A stretch of 64,000 nt of DNA from Patescibacteria group bacterium (GTDB taxonomy: Bacteria; Patescibacteriota; Patescibacteriia; SG8-24; DYFX01): assembly GCA_041659045.1 (NCBI GenBank), contig JBAZZB010000002.1, positions 85,427 through 149,426 on the forward strand, read 5' to 3'. The notes under the pieces are model-generated. The model was not told the DNA's origin and did not search any database. It was given only the letters and a program-made list of their open reading frames with translations. This document shows positions 9,724 to 19,400 of this stretch, piece after piece; within the stretch, counting starts at the first letter, position 1; each line of letters begins with the position of its first letter. The position numbers and the translations under genes are program-made.

Positions 9724-10565
9724 TACACCCTCCAGGGTTTGTCCTTGTCCTCATTATTGATCCGCTCGCCCTTGGCGAACGGCTCGAGTATCCACTCGGC
9801 ACCATTGTCGGACAACCGCGCGCGGTAGCCGTACATAAGTTCTGGCGAGACCTTGAGAGCAGCGAAGAGCCAACTGATGAGCCGCGGAACGATGACATCT
9901 TTGCCATCTTCGTCTCGGTTCAGTCGACGGAATCCTTCGTATTCGTCCCAACGCTCTTGCGGAGTCATCTCTGACTTCGTCGGCCGATAGATTTCCCAGG
10001 GAGCGTCCCACAACCAACGACCGATTTCGTTTACGATCGTTGATGCAGAGATGATGGAAGTTTGGCCGATCGGTTCGCACGCACCATCTGGAGTCATGCG
10101 GAACGAGAAGGGCGTTTCGCCACGTCGGTGATACCTGCGCAGAAGCATCGCCGTCGCGTCGGCCGTCCGGAATGCAACGAGCGGGCTGAGACGCGCGCTC
10201 GGCAAGGCGAACTTCTCGAAGTCGAGCTCAGGGTGGCGGGCAACGAATCCCGCGCACGTTACTTCGAGGCTTTGACGTTCGACGTCCACGGCCTTGTTGA
10301 GCTCGCCAGTGATATCGTCTTCGGTATCAGGAGCTTTGCCTTCCATGAACGCAGACAACTTCATGAGCAGCTTCATGGCCGCCTCGTTCGACGGTGTGTT
10401 GCCGAGGAACTCACGAAGATCAGTGTTCTCGCAGTCCTCGCACTCGATCATGTGCGCACGGAGCATCTCGGCCTCCACCCTGGGCAGTTGGTCGAGCTCC
10501 GGAGCATCGGGGTGCAGCACGAGATCGGTGAGTAGGTGTTTCCAGCGTTGGCAAAGATCGGACAT
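9723..10565 (-). CDS. Hypothetical protein: N-terminal zf-HC2/ZAS-like zinc finger plus unknown domain
   Basis: Start MSDLCQRW after GGAGG; C...AHMIECEDC matches HxxxCxxC; C-terminal domain resembles the neighbouring ORF. Confidence 0.7.
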   Translation of the reverse strand: MSDLCQRWKHLLTDLVLHPDAPELDQLPRVEAEMLRAHMIECEDCENTDLREFLGNTPSNEAAMKLLMKLSAFMEGKAPDTEDDITGELNKAVDVERQSLEVTCAGFVARHPELDFEKFALPSARLSPLVAFRTADATAMLLRRYHRRGETPFSFRMTPDGACEPIGQTSIISASTIVNEIGRWLWDAPWEIYRPTKSEMTPQERWDEYEGFRRLNRDEDGKDVIVPRLISWLFAALKVSPELMYGYRARLSDNGAEWILEPFAKGERINNEDKDKPWRV

Positions 10566-10647
10566 GATGGCTTCCTCCATAAGAAGTCCGTCTTCACTTA
10601 GCCAAGAAAAAACGCCCCTGTCAATGACGACAGAGGCGGTAGCACCA

Positions 10648-11112
10648 TTACGCCGGACTGGATCCGCTCGAGCGAGTTCTACGTAAACGCACAGCGAATC
10701 CGCCCGTGAGCGGCTCCGCGAAGCAATTCTTGAAGAAACGCGGCCGAAGGAGCAATGCGTGCACGACCCAGCGGGCAATCTGCGGCGCGTACTTCACCGC
10801 GAAATCGCTTCTGTAGAGAAACCGTCGTATTCCATTGTGCATCGTGCCGGCATACGCCGCCTCGACGCCATCCGGAAAGGAAACAGCCCCATCAGCAGAC
10901 AGCCATATCTCGCGCAGGGGCGGATCCGTTGAATCCATCACGAGCGCACAGCAGTTGGACATCGCCACCACCGCACAATACAGATGATCGTGAAAGAGAT
11001 CGCTTGGCAGGCCGAAGTTTTCCGGCTGCAGTTCTGGGTGTGCCTCGATCAAGCCGCGCACACATGCAGCTTCTGCCGTTTCGTACCGCTTTGCATCATC
11101 CTCTTTGTCCAC
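10648..11112 (-). CDS. Hypothetical protein, paralogue of the C-terminal domain of 9723-10565
   Basis: GTG start 7 nt after GGAGG; shared blocks HPEL...F.LPS, DGA, and (I/V)..W...AL...P. Confidence 0.65.
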   Translation of the reverse strand: MDKEDDAKRYETAEAACVRGLIEAHPELQPENFGLPSDLFHDHLYCAVVAMSNCCALVMDSTDPPLREIWLSADGAVSFPDGVEAAYAGTMHNGIRRFLYRSDFAVKYAPQIARWVVHALLLRPRFFKNCFAEPLTGGFAVRLRRTRSSGSSPA

Positions 11113-11230
11113 CACGTCGCCTCCCACATGTAGTCGAATAGTGTATAGCACTACCCTTTCCGATTGACAACCACCGGGGCCACCGTATTGACCAGGACGC
11201 AGCCGCATTTTTTTTGTTATACTGAAAGAA

Positions 11231-12925
11231 ATGGAACACATCTTTCTTGAACTCGCCGTCGTCCTCGCGCTCGCAACTGGTCTTGGCGCCCTGGCGCGCG
11301 CTTTGAAGCAACCGACATTACTCGGCTACATCGCGACCGGCTTGATTGTCGGACCGCTCGGCCTTTTGCAGTTGAACCACGGCGAAGTGCTCGATACACT
11401 CGCGCAATTCGGTATTGCCTTCCTGCTTTTCCTGGCCGGCATGGAGATGAACTTCTCCGAATTGCGCCATGTCGGACGTTCAGCCGTGTTGATCGGCGCA
11501 AGTCAGATCGCTTTTACTGGCGGTATTGGCTACGTGATTGCAACACTCCTGGGCTTCGCGCCGCTCTCAGCCCTCTACGTCGCGATCACCCTGTCATTTT
11601 CGAGCACGATCATCGTCATCAAGCTGCTTTCTGAAAAAAAGGCGCTCGATAGTTTGTATGGAAAAATCGTCGTCGGTGTCTTGCTTGTTCAAGACTTTAT
11701 CGCGCTCGGCACACTGATTCTTTTGTCCGGTTTGTCGGGTCCACACGTTGAACCGTCGCAGCTTCCGCTCACGCTCGGGCTCACTTTCGCCAAAGGCGCG
11801 GCGCTTCTCGTCACTTCGCTTCTCATAGGCAAGTACGTGATGCCGAAGCTTCTGCATCGCCTGGCCGGTTCTCAAGAAGTACTCTTCCTCGCCAGTCTGA
11901 CATGGGGCCTCGGTCTCGCCGCTCTCGCCGACCTGCCGTCGATCGGTTTGACGATCGAAATCGGCAGCTTTATGGCCGGTGTCGCGCTTTCGGAATCCGT
12001 CGAGCACTTCCAGATCATGAGCCGCGTGCGCCCCTTGCGCGACGTTTTTGCTGTGACCTTCTTCATCACGCTTGGATCGAAACTCGTTCTGACCGGCACG
12101 AGCGCTCATCTGCTTCCGATCATCGTGCTTTCTCTGTTTGTGTTGATCATGAAGCCGCTCCTCGTCATGGTAACCATGGGGCTTCTTGGCTATCGCGCAC
12201 GCACATCCTTCATGACAGGTATCGCTATCGCGCAGGTTTCCGAGTTCAGCTTGATCGTCATGGCCCTTGCCTTGCGTATCGGCCACACCAACCAGGAACT
12301 CGTCTCGATCATCACCGCCGTCGCGCTCATCACCATTCTCGTATCGTCGTATCTTATTTTGCACGCTGAAAATCTTTACGCGTGGTTGGCTCCCTTCCTG
12401 AAGAAAACCATTGAATACAACGCGAAACATGAAAAGCATATTCGCGACACGTCTTTGAAGAACCACGTCGTTTTGGTCGGCGCGCATCGCGTCGGACACA
12501 ACATTCTTCGCGCGCTCGAAGACCTACACAAAACGTTCATGGTCGTCGACTTCAACCCGGACGTTGTCTTGCACCTTGAACGCCGCGGTATTCACGCGCT
12601 CTACGGCGACATCGCCGACCCGGACATCCAAGACGCGGCCGGATTCGATACCGCACGCGCCGTTATTTCGACGGTACCCGCCTTCAACGAATCCGTGCAC
12701 TTGCTTTCACGCCTGAAAAAATCCAACCCTCGCGCCAAAGTCATTTTGACGGCCTCGACCGAATTCGACGCGGTTGCGCTCTACGAGCGTGGCGCCGACT
12801 ACGTCATCCTCCCTCACTTTGCCGGAGGTTTGCAGCTCGGACGACTTCTTGAAGAAGATAAAACGCTTCGCACGCTCGCGAAGCTACGCGAACAGGATCT
12901 TGCCATTATCATCGAGCGCCCGTAG
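11231..12925 (+). CDS. CPA2 cation:proton antiporter (KefB/KefC-like) with TrkA-N domain
   Basis: Many TM helices; FLLFLAGME, SSTIIVIKLL, LLVQD, QVSEFS; C-terminal VLVGAHRVG...YGD. Confidence 0.92.
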   Translation: MEHIFLELAVVLALATGLGALARALKQPTLLGYIATGLIVGPLGLLQLNHGEVLDTLAQFGIAFLLFLAGMEMNFSELRHVGRSAVLIGASQIAFTGGIGYVIATLLGFAPLSALYVAITLSFSSTIIVIKLLSEKKALDSLYGKIVVGVLLVQDFIALGTLILLSGLSGPHVEPSQLPLTLGLTFAKGAALLVTSLLIGKYVMPKLLHRLAGSQEVLFLASLTWGLGLAALADLPSIGLTIEIGSFMAGVALSESVEHFQIMSRVRPLRDVFAVTFFITLGSKLVLTGTSAHLLPIIVLSLFVLIMKPLLVMVTMGLLGYRARTSFMTGIAIAQVSEFSLIVMALALRIGHTNQELVSIITAVALITILVSSYLILHAENLYAWLAPFLKKTIEYNAKHEKHIRDTSLKNHVVLVGAHRVGHNILRALEDLHKTFMVVDFNPDVVLHLERRGIHALYGDIADPDIQDAAGFDTARAVISTVPAFNESVHLLSRLKKSNPRAKVILTASTEFDAVALYERGADYVILPHFAGGLQLGRLLEEDKTLRTLAKLREQDLAIIIERP

Positions 12926-12946
12926 AGTCGAGCCAGGAGGTAAGCG

Positions 12947-13792
12947 ATGTGCACCGTCCTCGTTGGTTATAACCTGTTTCAGCACGAGCCACTTGTCGTG
13001 GCCGCCAATCGAGATGAGATGCTCGACCGCGCGGCACGACCTCCGCAGATCTTTGAAGGCGCCCGCAGAGTCTTGGCGCCGACCGACTTGGTACGCGGTG
13101 GCACGTGGATCGGCGTGAACGCCTCCGGTGTCTTCGCCGCCCTGACGAACCGTATCGATGTCACTTCGGTCTGGGACCCGAATCGTCCCGACCTCATGAA
13201 ATCACGCGGCGAGATCGTGCATCTGGCGCTTGCCAACCGAACGGCTAGCGACGCACTCGCGGTGATCGCGAGGCTCAGAACGCGCGACTACAACGGCTAT
13301 CACCTGATCGTCGGCGACGCTGAAGATCTCTTCACGGCAGCTGGTGGCGGCGCGAGCGGCCCCGAACACCCAGTCATCGCCCACCACTCCGAGGAGCCTG
13401 GCCTCCTGGTCGTTTCGAACCTGGGCATCGGCCCGGCACACAGCCCGCGCGCGCGAGCGATCATGGACGTCTGGGGCGATGAAACGCTCCGGCTGCGGCA
13501 TGAAAAACCGCACCGAGCGTTGTGGGATAGACTGCTCACGATCCACGATCCTGATCCGCACCACGAGAACGGCTGGATGAAACGCATGGCCTCGACCTGC
13601 ATCCACCGTCCGGAAGAGGAGAACTACGGTACGCGCTCGTCGACCTTCCTTGCACTCAACGCGTCACGTGGCGCTCCCCCGCATCGGAAGTACCCGGCAG
13701 AATGGCGCTACTGGCACCGTGAGCGTCCCGCAGGTGCGCATGCCTGTCATGGCCGCTGGAGCCCGGTGATCACGCTGCCGATCCAAGAATAG
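12947..13792 (+). CDS. NRDE/TANGO2 family protein
   Basis: N-terminal MC, AANRDE, GGTWIG, SRG, YGTRSST; SD AGGAGGT. Confidence 0.88.
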   Translation: MCTVLVGYNLFQHEPLVVAANRDEMLDRAARPPQIFEGARRVLAPTDLVRGGTWIGVNASGVFAALTNRIDVTSVWDPNRPDLMKSRGEIVHLALANRTASDALAVIARLRTRDYNGYHLIVGDAEDLFTAAGGGASGPEHPVIAHHSEEPGLLVVSNLGIGPAHSPRARAIMDVWGDETLRLRHEKPHRALWDRLLTIHDPDPHHENGWMKRMASTCIHRPEEENYGTRSSTFLALNASRGAPPHRKYPAEWRYWHRERPAGAHACHGRWSPVITLPIQE

Positions 13793-13828
13793 AAAAGCCC
13801 CGTCACGACAGTCGTCGAACGGGGCATT

Positions 13829-15136
13829 TTATTTGTCGCACTTTGTGACAGTCCAATCGTCAGGGTCGGACGCGACGCATTCAGAGCTTTGCGCCTTGCG
13901 CGGCATTCTCCGAGACCGACTGAAGCGTTCGTCCTCCGGATGCGCTTTGATCCAAGCACGCTCCGCCTTCTTGTATTCCTTCGCGGGAACGATCTTCGGA
14001 TAACGCTTCCAAAGATACCGCGCGTCGACCATGTTGCCCGCGATAACGGCCGCACGAAAAGCCTTGAGCACACCCTCCGTACGGAGCGTCTCGGAAGCAC
14101 CGAATTCGGCAACCTCCGCCGCGTCGTCGAATTTGCCCTCTTCGAGCAGTTTCTCGAACGCGCGATCTTGCCAGATGATCTCCTTGGACGACATGCCAAC
14201 GAAACGCGCGCGCCCATGCGCAATTGCGTAGCTATAGGCCGCGTCACGGAGACTCGGACGCATGACGCACAGCTTCTCGAGTCCGTATTCGTCGTGCTGC
14301 GCAAACAACTGCTGCACGAGATAGCGAATACCGTCCTCGCCGCCATGCCCCAAGGTATTGAACTCAAAGGCCAGGTGATACCTGCGATGACGAACCGTCT
14401 CGAAGAACAGCGTGCGATACTCCGCTTGCGAAAAGCCCCAACCGCTCGAATCGAGCCGCTCGCTCTCGCACGTGCTGTCCTTGAGCGACTGCGCCAGATA
14501 GTCGACATCGACACCAAGTCGCGAAGCGGCCTTGAGGCCGAAGCTACAATTGCCGCTCTCGATGTACAGCCCAACGAATTCGAGCTTGTCGATGACGTTC
14601 CAGTTTGAACGCAATGCCATCTCGAGCGCGTACTCGTTCTTGTCGTCGTTGGCAGCGGTCGTAATGATCTCGTACCGCTGCTCACGGCCCAGGGGACACT
14701 CGTAGTCGAGCAGCAGATAGAGAAGCTCGCTGCTCTCGGCGACATCGCTCGCACGCGTCACGTCTTCAACAGCGAGGCTGATGGAAGCACTGGTCGGACC
14801 ATACAAGCACGCGATCGCGACTTCTTCGCGATAGGCCTGCCAGGCGATCTTCCACAATTTGACCCTCGCCTCATAGTCGTCACCGTCGACAAAAGCTTTC
14901 AAGCTTTTCTTGGCGACCTTGCGCGCTTCACGGAGCGCCAACCCAACAAGCATCGGATCAAGCCGACCTTGCGTGGCCGCCATCGCCGCTAGCTCGTAGT
15001 TGCCGCCGAGAAAATACTCCCTCCAGTCGTCATGCGCTTGATAGCGCAAGCTCTCTGCCCGATCGGGCGTCGAAACAGGCGCCGGGCCACGCAAACATCC
15101 GGCCAAAACGAAAGCCGAAAGTATCCATGCGCGCAT
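13829..15136 (-). CDS. Hypothetical lipoprotein, alpha-helical
   Basis: Lipobox MRAWILSAFVLAGC; SD AAGGAG. Confidence 0.65.
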   Translation of the reverse strand: MRAWILSAFVLAGCLRGPAPVSTPDRAESLRYQAHDDWREYFLGGNYELAAMAATQGRLDPMLVGLALREARKVAKKSLKAFVDGDDYEARVKLWKIAWQAYREEVAIACLYGPTSASISLAVEDVTRASDVAESSELLYLLLDYECPLGREQRYEIITTAANDDKNEYALEMALRSNWNVIDKLEFVGLYIESGNCSFGLKAASRLGVDVDYLAQSLKDSTCESERLDSSGWGFSQAEYRTLFFETVRHRRYHLAFEFNTLGHGGEDGIRYLVQQLFAQHDEYGLEKLCVMRPSLRDAAYSYAIAHGRARFVGMSSKEIIWQDRAFEKLLEEGKFDDAAEVAEFGASETLRTEGVLKAFRAAVIAGNMVDARYLWKRYPKIVPAKEYKKAERAWIKAHPEDERFSRSRRMPRKAQSSECVASDPDDWTVTKCDK

Positions 15137-15176
15137 GGTCTCTCCTTTGGTAAAAAGACCTCAAATTCACCGTAAC

Positions 15177-15887
15177 TCACCGCAGGTCTTTGCGCAACGT
15201 GAGTGCCTTTTTCAAAAAATCGATACCAGTCCCGATGAGTCGGACCTTGCTGCCCCCGGACGTCTTCGAGCGTTCCGCCCAGCGAATACCGCATTCTTCA
15301 ATCTTCATGCCGCGCTGACGCAACCGCGCCAAAAGCTCGCTATCAAAGAAAAACCCGTCGTCTTTCACGATCGGCACCACCTCATCGCGTACGCGTCGAG
15401 AAAACGCCTTGCACCCGCACTGCGGATCTCGCACATCAAGGTGCAGGATCGTCTCAGAGACGAACGCATAAACCACTGTCACAATCTGACGAAGCAGTGG
15501 GCGTTCGACTTCGGCTCCTTCAGCGCGGCGTGAACCGATAGCGATGTCAGCGCCGTTTGCAACGAGTCTCACAAGACGCTCCGCCGAATCAAGATCAGCA
15601 GAAAGATCCGCGTCCATAAAAAGATAGACATCGGCTTCTACTGCAGCGGCAGCTCGTTTGATTGCTCCGCCCTTTCCCGCGATCTTTGAACTGAGCGTAA
15701 TCAACCCCGGCAACACTTTTTCCAAAACTTTTGAAACCCAAGCCGTGTTGTCGTGCGATCCATTCTCGGAAAGCACGAGCGTGAACCCGTCGCCGAATGC
15801 TTTTCTCCCCCACTCCCAAACCTTCTTCGCATTCGTTTCGAGAATCGCGGCCTCGTCGTGCGCGGGAATGAGGACGGCAACCTTCAT
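15177..15887 (-). CDS. Glycosyltransferase family 2 (polyprenol-phosphate glycosyltransferase-like)
   Basis: LIPAHDE, GKGGA, FMDAD, DPQCGCKAF, FDSELL. Confidence 0.9.
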   Translation of the reverse strand: MKVAVLIPAHDEAAILETNAKKVWEWGRKAFGDGFTLVLSENGSHDNTAWVSKVLEKVLPGLITLSSKIAGKGGAIKRAAAAVEADVYLFMDADLSADLDSAERLVRLVANGADIAIGSRRAEGAEVERPLLRQIVTVVYAFVSETILHLDVRDPQCGCKAFSRRVRDEVVPIVKDDGFFFDSELLARLRQRGMKIEECGIRWAERSKTSGGSKVRLIGTGIDFLKKALTLRKDLR

Positions 15888-15893
15888 TGTGTA

Positions 15894-17114
15894 TTAAAAT
15901 CCGTCGAGCGGTACGTTCGGATCGGCAAGCTCCTGTTCGCGTCCAGCCAAAAGGATACCGGACGTGATGAGCGTTGCCGCAGCTGCGCGCTGGTCGGTCG
16001 CATTCAAAAGAATGGCGCCGATCACGCGGCCTCGGAGCGTGCGGAACTCGATGATCTTTTTCCCCTCCTCAATCACGCGCTCGTGGCGCTGTACGTCCGG
16101 CAGCATGCGGGATTCGCCAAGAAACATGAGGTTTACGCCCGGAAACACGGCCGTGCTGTAGCCTGTCAGCATCGTGAATTTTTCTTCCTTACCGAGAAGC
16201 GCCTGACCGACATGCCGACCTTGGGCGATCGCGTTGGTCCAGTTACCGACAATGCGGCGAAGCCCGGTCACTTCGTCGTCGTACTCGGCGCAGTCACCTG
16301 CCACCCACACGTTCTCATGCTTCGTTTTCAAAAAGGCGTCTCCTCGCAAGCCGTGCTCGCCGCGCAGGTCGCCGAACGGTTCCGTCGGAACCTCGACGCC
16401 GATACCGACGCCAACCAGTTCGCACGCAATGGTTTCGCCTGTCGAAAGTTTCACTCCGGAAATTTTTTCTCCCCCTTCAATCGAAGCGACTTTAGCATTG
16501 TTGCGCACCACGATCCCCTTGGCCTCAAAAGAAGCCTGCACGGCATCAGCGATCATTTCGCCGAGCGCTGACGTCCAAAAATGCGGACCGCGATTGATGA
16601 GCGTCGCCTGCATCCCTTTCTCAACACATAAGGCAGCAAACTCGATCCCAATGAATCCGCTGCCAACGATCGCCATGCGCATGCCGGACTGCAAGCGCTC
16701 GCGCAGTTTCACGGCATCCTCGTACGTTTGAAGTTGAAGCACGTCCGCATGGTCGGCGCCCTTCATCTGCCAAACGCGCGTCTTGCCGCCGACAGCGACG
16801 AGCATTTTCCTAAACGCGAGTTCCTCTCCTCCATCGAGCGTGGCCACACGATGTTTGAAATCAACGCGGAGCACTGAACGGCCGGCCATGAGCTCGATTT
16901 TCTTCTCGGCGTACCATGCCTCATTTTTCAAAAAAGCCTTCTCGGGGGCGATCTTCCCCTTCACCGCGTGCGGCAAAAGTACGCGTGAATACAACGTGTG
17001 CGCCTCATCCGAAATAATCACAACATCGCCCGCTCCTCCGCCTGCGCGATAGACCTCGGCCGCCGTCGTCCCAGCCGCGCCGCCACCAACGATGAGCACC
17101 TCAACTTCTCGCAT
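15894..17114 (-). CDS. NAD(P)/FAD-dependent ferredoxin reductase-like oxidoreductase
   Basis: GGGAAG, GSGFIGIE, WVAGDCA; adjacent to a ferredoxin. Confidence 0.9.
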   Translation of the reverse strand: MREVEVLIVGGGAAGTTAAEVYRAGGGAGDVVIISDEAHTLYSRVLLPHAVKGKIAPEKAFLKNEAWYAEKKIELMAGRSVLRVDFKHRVATLDGGEELAFRKMLVAVGGKTRVWQMKGADHADVLQLQTYEDAVKLRERLQSGMRMAIVGSGFIGIEFAALCVEKGMQATLINRGPHFWTSALGEMIADAVQASFEAKGIVVRNNAKVASIEGGEKISGVKLSTGETIACELVGVGIGVEVPTEPFGDLRGEHGLRGDAFLKTKHENVWVAGDCAEYDDEVTGLRRIVGNWTNAIAQGRHVGQALLGKEEKFTMLTGYSTAVFPGVNLMFLGESRMLPDVQRHERVIEEGKKIIEFRTLRGRVIGAILLNATDQRAAAATLITSGILLAGREQELADPNVPLDGF

Positions 17115-17132
17115 ATGCCAAATCTACCCGCG

Positions 17133-17372
17133 TTACGGGTAGACCTGATTACCTTCTTCGTCGTAGAGAAAGATGGCTTTGGTTGGGCAGGATTCTGCCG
17201 CCATCTTGATCGTCTCGGCATCATGGCCATCGATGTCGACGAGGTAGGCCTTGTTCTCTTCGTCCATCTGAAAGGTACCGGGCGCAATCACGACGCACGA
17301 AGCGGCCCCGATACAGAGGTCGCGGTCGATGACGATCTTGGCGATTTTGAGCGGCTTAGCTTCGTGAGACAT
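17133..17372 (-). CDS. Single-cluster ferredoxin (probably 3Fe-4S)
   Basis: CIGAASC...AESCP (CxxAxxC...CP). Confidence 0.9.
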   Translation of the reverse strand: MSHEAKPLKIAKIVIDRDLCIGAASCVVIAPGTFQMDEENKAYLVDIDGHDAETIKMAAESCPTKAIFLYDEEGNQVYP

Positions 17373-17427
17373 ATCGCGGATAAGCGTAAATCAAAACCGC
17401 CCCTTCGGCAAGGGCGGTTCCATCGGT

Positions 17428-18657
17428 TTACTCGTACCGGAGCGCTTCGATCGGATCGAGTCTCGAAGCTTTTCGCGCCGGATAGAGACCGAAGACGAGG
17501 CCGACGGCAGTGGCAACTCCGAAGGCTTTAAGCACGGCGTCGAGCGGCACGATGAAGACCCAACCATCGATGAGATTCGCAACAATCTTCGAGCCGAGCC
17601 AAGAGATCGCGGCACCCAACATCGCGCCCAGCAGGCCTCCGATCATCGTAAGCAGAATCGCTTCAATCAAGAACTGCGTCATGATGTCGCGTCGGCGCGC
17701 GCCGAGTGCCTTGCGCAGACCGATTTCACGGGTGCGTTCCGTCACCGAGACCAGCATGATGTTCATGATGCCGATGCCGCCAACGAAGAGCGAGATCGAA
17801 GCGATCGCCGAGAGGAAGATTGTGAGCGCGGAAGAGATCGCACCGAACGTCGAGGCGGCCTGTTCCTGCGTCGTAACTTGGAAATCATCTTTTTTCTTGT
17901 CGCCGTCGGGGTTGTCGATATCGTGGCGATCGCGGAGCAAGAGGCGAATGTCCTCAGCCGCGTACTCCGGATTCCCCTTGAGTCGCGCGGTGATAAACGT
18001 GACGTGATCTTCGCCTTGCAGTTCACGGCGAGCGGTTGAAATCGGCAGGTAGACCGACTTGTCGAGGTCCTGGAAAAAGAGGACGCCGAGCTTCGGCAGC
18101 ACGCCGATCACCAAGAACGTCTTACGCTTGACCGTCACGGTCTGACCGACCGGGTTGTCGTCGCCAAAGAGGTCTTCCGCAGCTTTTGAACCGAGCACGA
18201 TCGAACGCAGCGCACCCTCAACATCGGACTCATCGAACCAGCGTCCTTGCTCAGCTTCAAAAGAGTTCAGCTCCGCGTACTCAACTGTTGTCGCCACGAT
18301 CTGCGGCGAAATGTTGGTACCTGCCCGACTCACGACGCCGTCGACGTATTTGATCGGCGCGGCGATCTTCACGCTATCAAGCTTGTTAATCGCCACGAAG
18401 TCGTCGTATTTGAGCGCGTTGAGCTGAGCAAAGTTGGGCGGACCCGCGCCGTCACCACCGCCCGGCTCCACGAAAACCGAGTCCTGACCGAAGCTTTCGA
18501 GTTGGTTCAAAATCAAACCTTCGACGCCCTTGCCGAGCGACGTCATCAAAATAACGGACGCGATACCGATAATAATACCGAGCATCGTCAAAAGCGTGCG
18601 GAGCTTTTGCGCGAGCAGGCCCTTGATCGACGTTTGGATGGATTCCAAATACTGCAT
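17428..18657 (-). CDS. MacB/FtsX-family ABC transporter permease
   Basis: LTMLGIIIGIASV, GGIGIMNIMLVSVTERTREIGLRKALGA, DPIEALRYE. Confidence 0.95.
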   Translation of the reverse strand: MQYLESIQTSIKGLLAQKLRTLLTMLGIIIGIASVILMTSLGKGVEGLILNQLESFGQDSVFVEPGGGDGAGPPNFAQLNALKYDDFVAINKLDSVKIAAPIKYVDGVVSRAGTNISPQIVATTVEYAELNSFEAEQGRWFDESDVEGALRSIVLGSKAAEDLFGDDNPVGQTVTVKRKTFLVIGVLPKLGVLFFQDLDKSVYLPISTARRELQGEDHVTFITARLKGNPEYAAEDIRLLLRDRHDIDNPDGDKKKDDFQVTTQEQAASTFGAISSALTIFLSAIASISLFVGGIGIMNIMLVSVTERTREIGLRKALGARRRDIMTQFLIEAILLTMIGGLLGAMLGAAISWLGSKIVANLIDGWVFIVPLDAVLKAFGVATAVGLVFGLYPARKASRLDPIEALRYE

Positions 18658-18658
18658 A

Positions 18659-19396
18659 TCACTTGTTGAGCGTACCGCCGCGGGCGCTCTTGCGCGCCTG
18701 CACGACGATATCGCCTTCTAGAACGCCGTCGCGCATCGAAATAATGCGACTCGCGTGTTCAGCCGTTTCTTTTTCGTGCGTCACGAGAATGATGGTGTTC
18801 CCCTTTTCGTTCAGGTTCTCAAGAATCTCCATGACGATGCCGCCCGACTTTGAGTCGAGGTTGCCCGTGGGTTCGTCGGCAAAAATGACCGCCGGCTTCG
18901 AAACCAAGGCGCGCGCAATTGCCACACGCTGTTTTTCGCCACCGGAGATGCGCGTCACCGAATAATCGCGACGATGTTCGAGACCGACTGAAGCGATCGC
19001 TTCGTTGGCGCGAGCGTTGCGCTCACTTTCGGAAATGTCGTGATACGCCAGCGCGAGTTTGACGTTGTCGAGCACCGAAAGTTCCGGCAGCAAGAAGAAG
19101 GCTTGGAAGACGAAGCCGACGCGATCGCGGCGCATGAGCGCTAAGTCATCGTCCGTCAGACTGCTGACGTCTTGTCCGTCGAATTCGTAGCGGCCCTCCG
19201 TCGCGTGATCGAGAAAGCCCAGAATATGCATCAAGGTCGACTTGCCGGAACCAGACGGTCCCATAATCGCGATGAACTCACCCTTCTCGATGCCGAACGA
19301 GACCCCTTTGAGAACAGGGGTCTCGATTTCTCCGGTCACGTAGTTTTTCTTGAGTCCCTCGATGCGAATGAGGGGTTTTCCGTTACCGTGTGACAT
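18659..19396 (-). CDS. ABC transporter ATP-binding protein (LolD/MacB-like)
   Basis: GPSGSGKST, SGGEKQR, ADEPTGNLD. Confidence 0.95.
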   Translation of the reverse strand: MSHGNGKPLIRIEGLKKNYVTGEIETPVLKGVSFGIEKGEFIAIMGPSGSGKSTLMHILGFLDHATEGRYEFDGQDVSSLTDDDLALMRRDRVGFVFQAFFLLPELSVLDNVKLALAYHDISESERNARANEAIASVGLEHRRDYSVTRISGGEKQRVAIARALVSKPAVIFADEPTGNLDSKSGGIVMEILENLNEKGNTIILVTHEKETAEHASRIISMRDGVLEGDIVVQARKSARGGTLNK

Positions 19397-19400
19397 GGCT

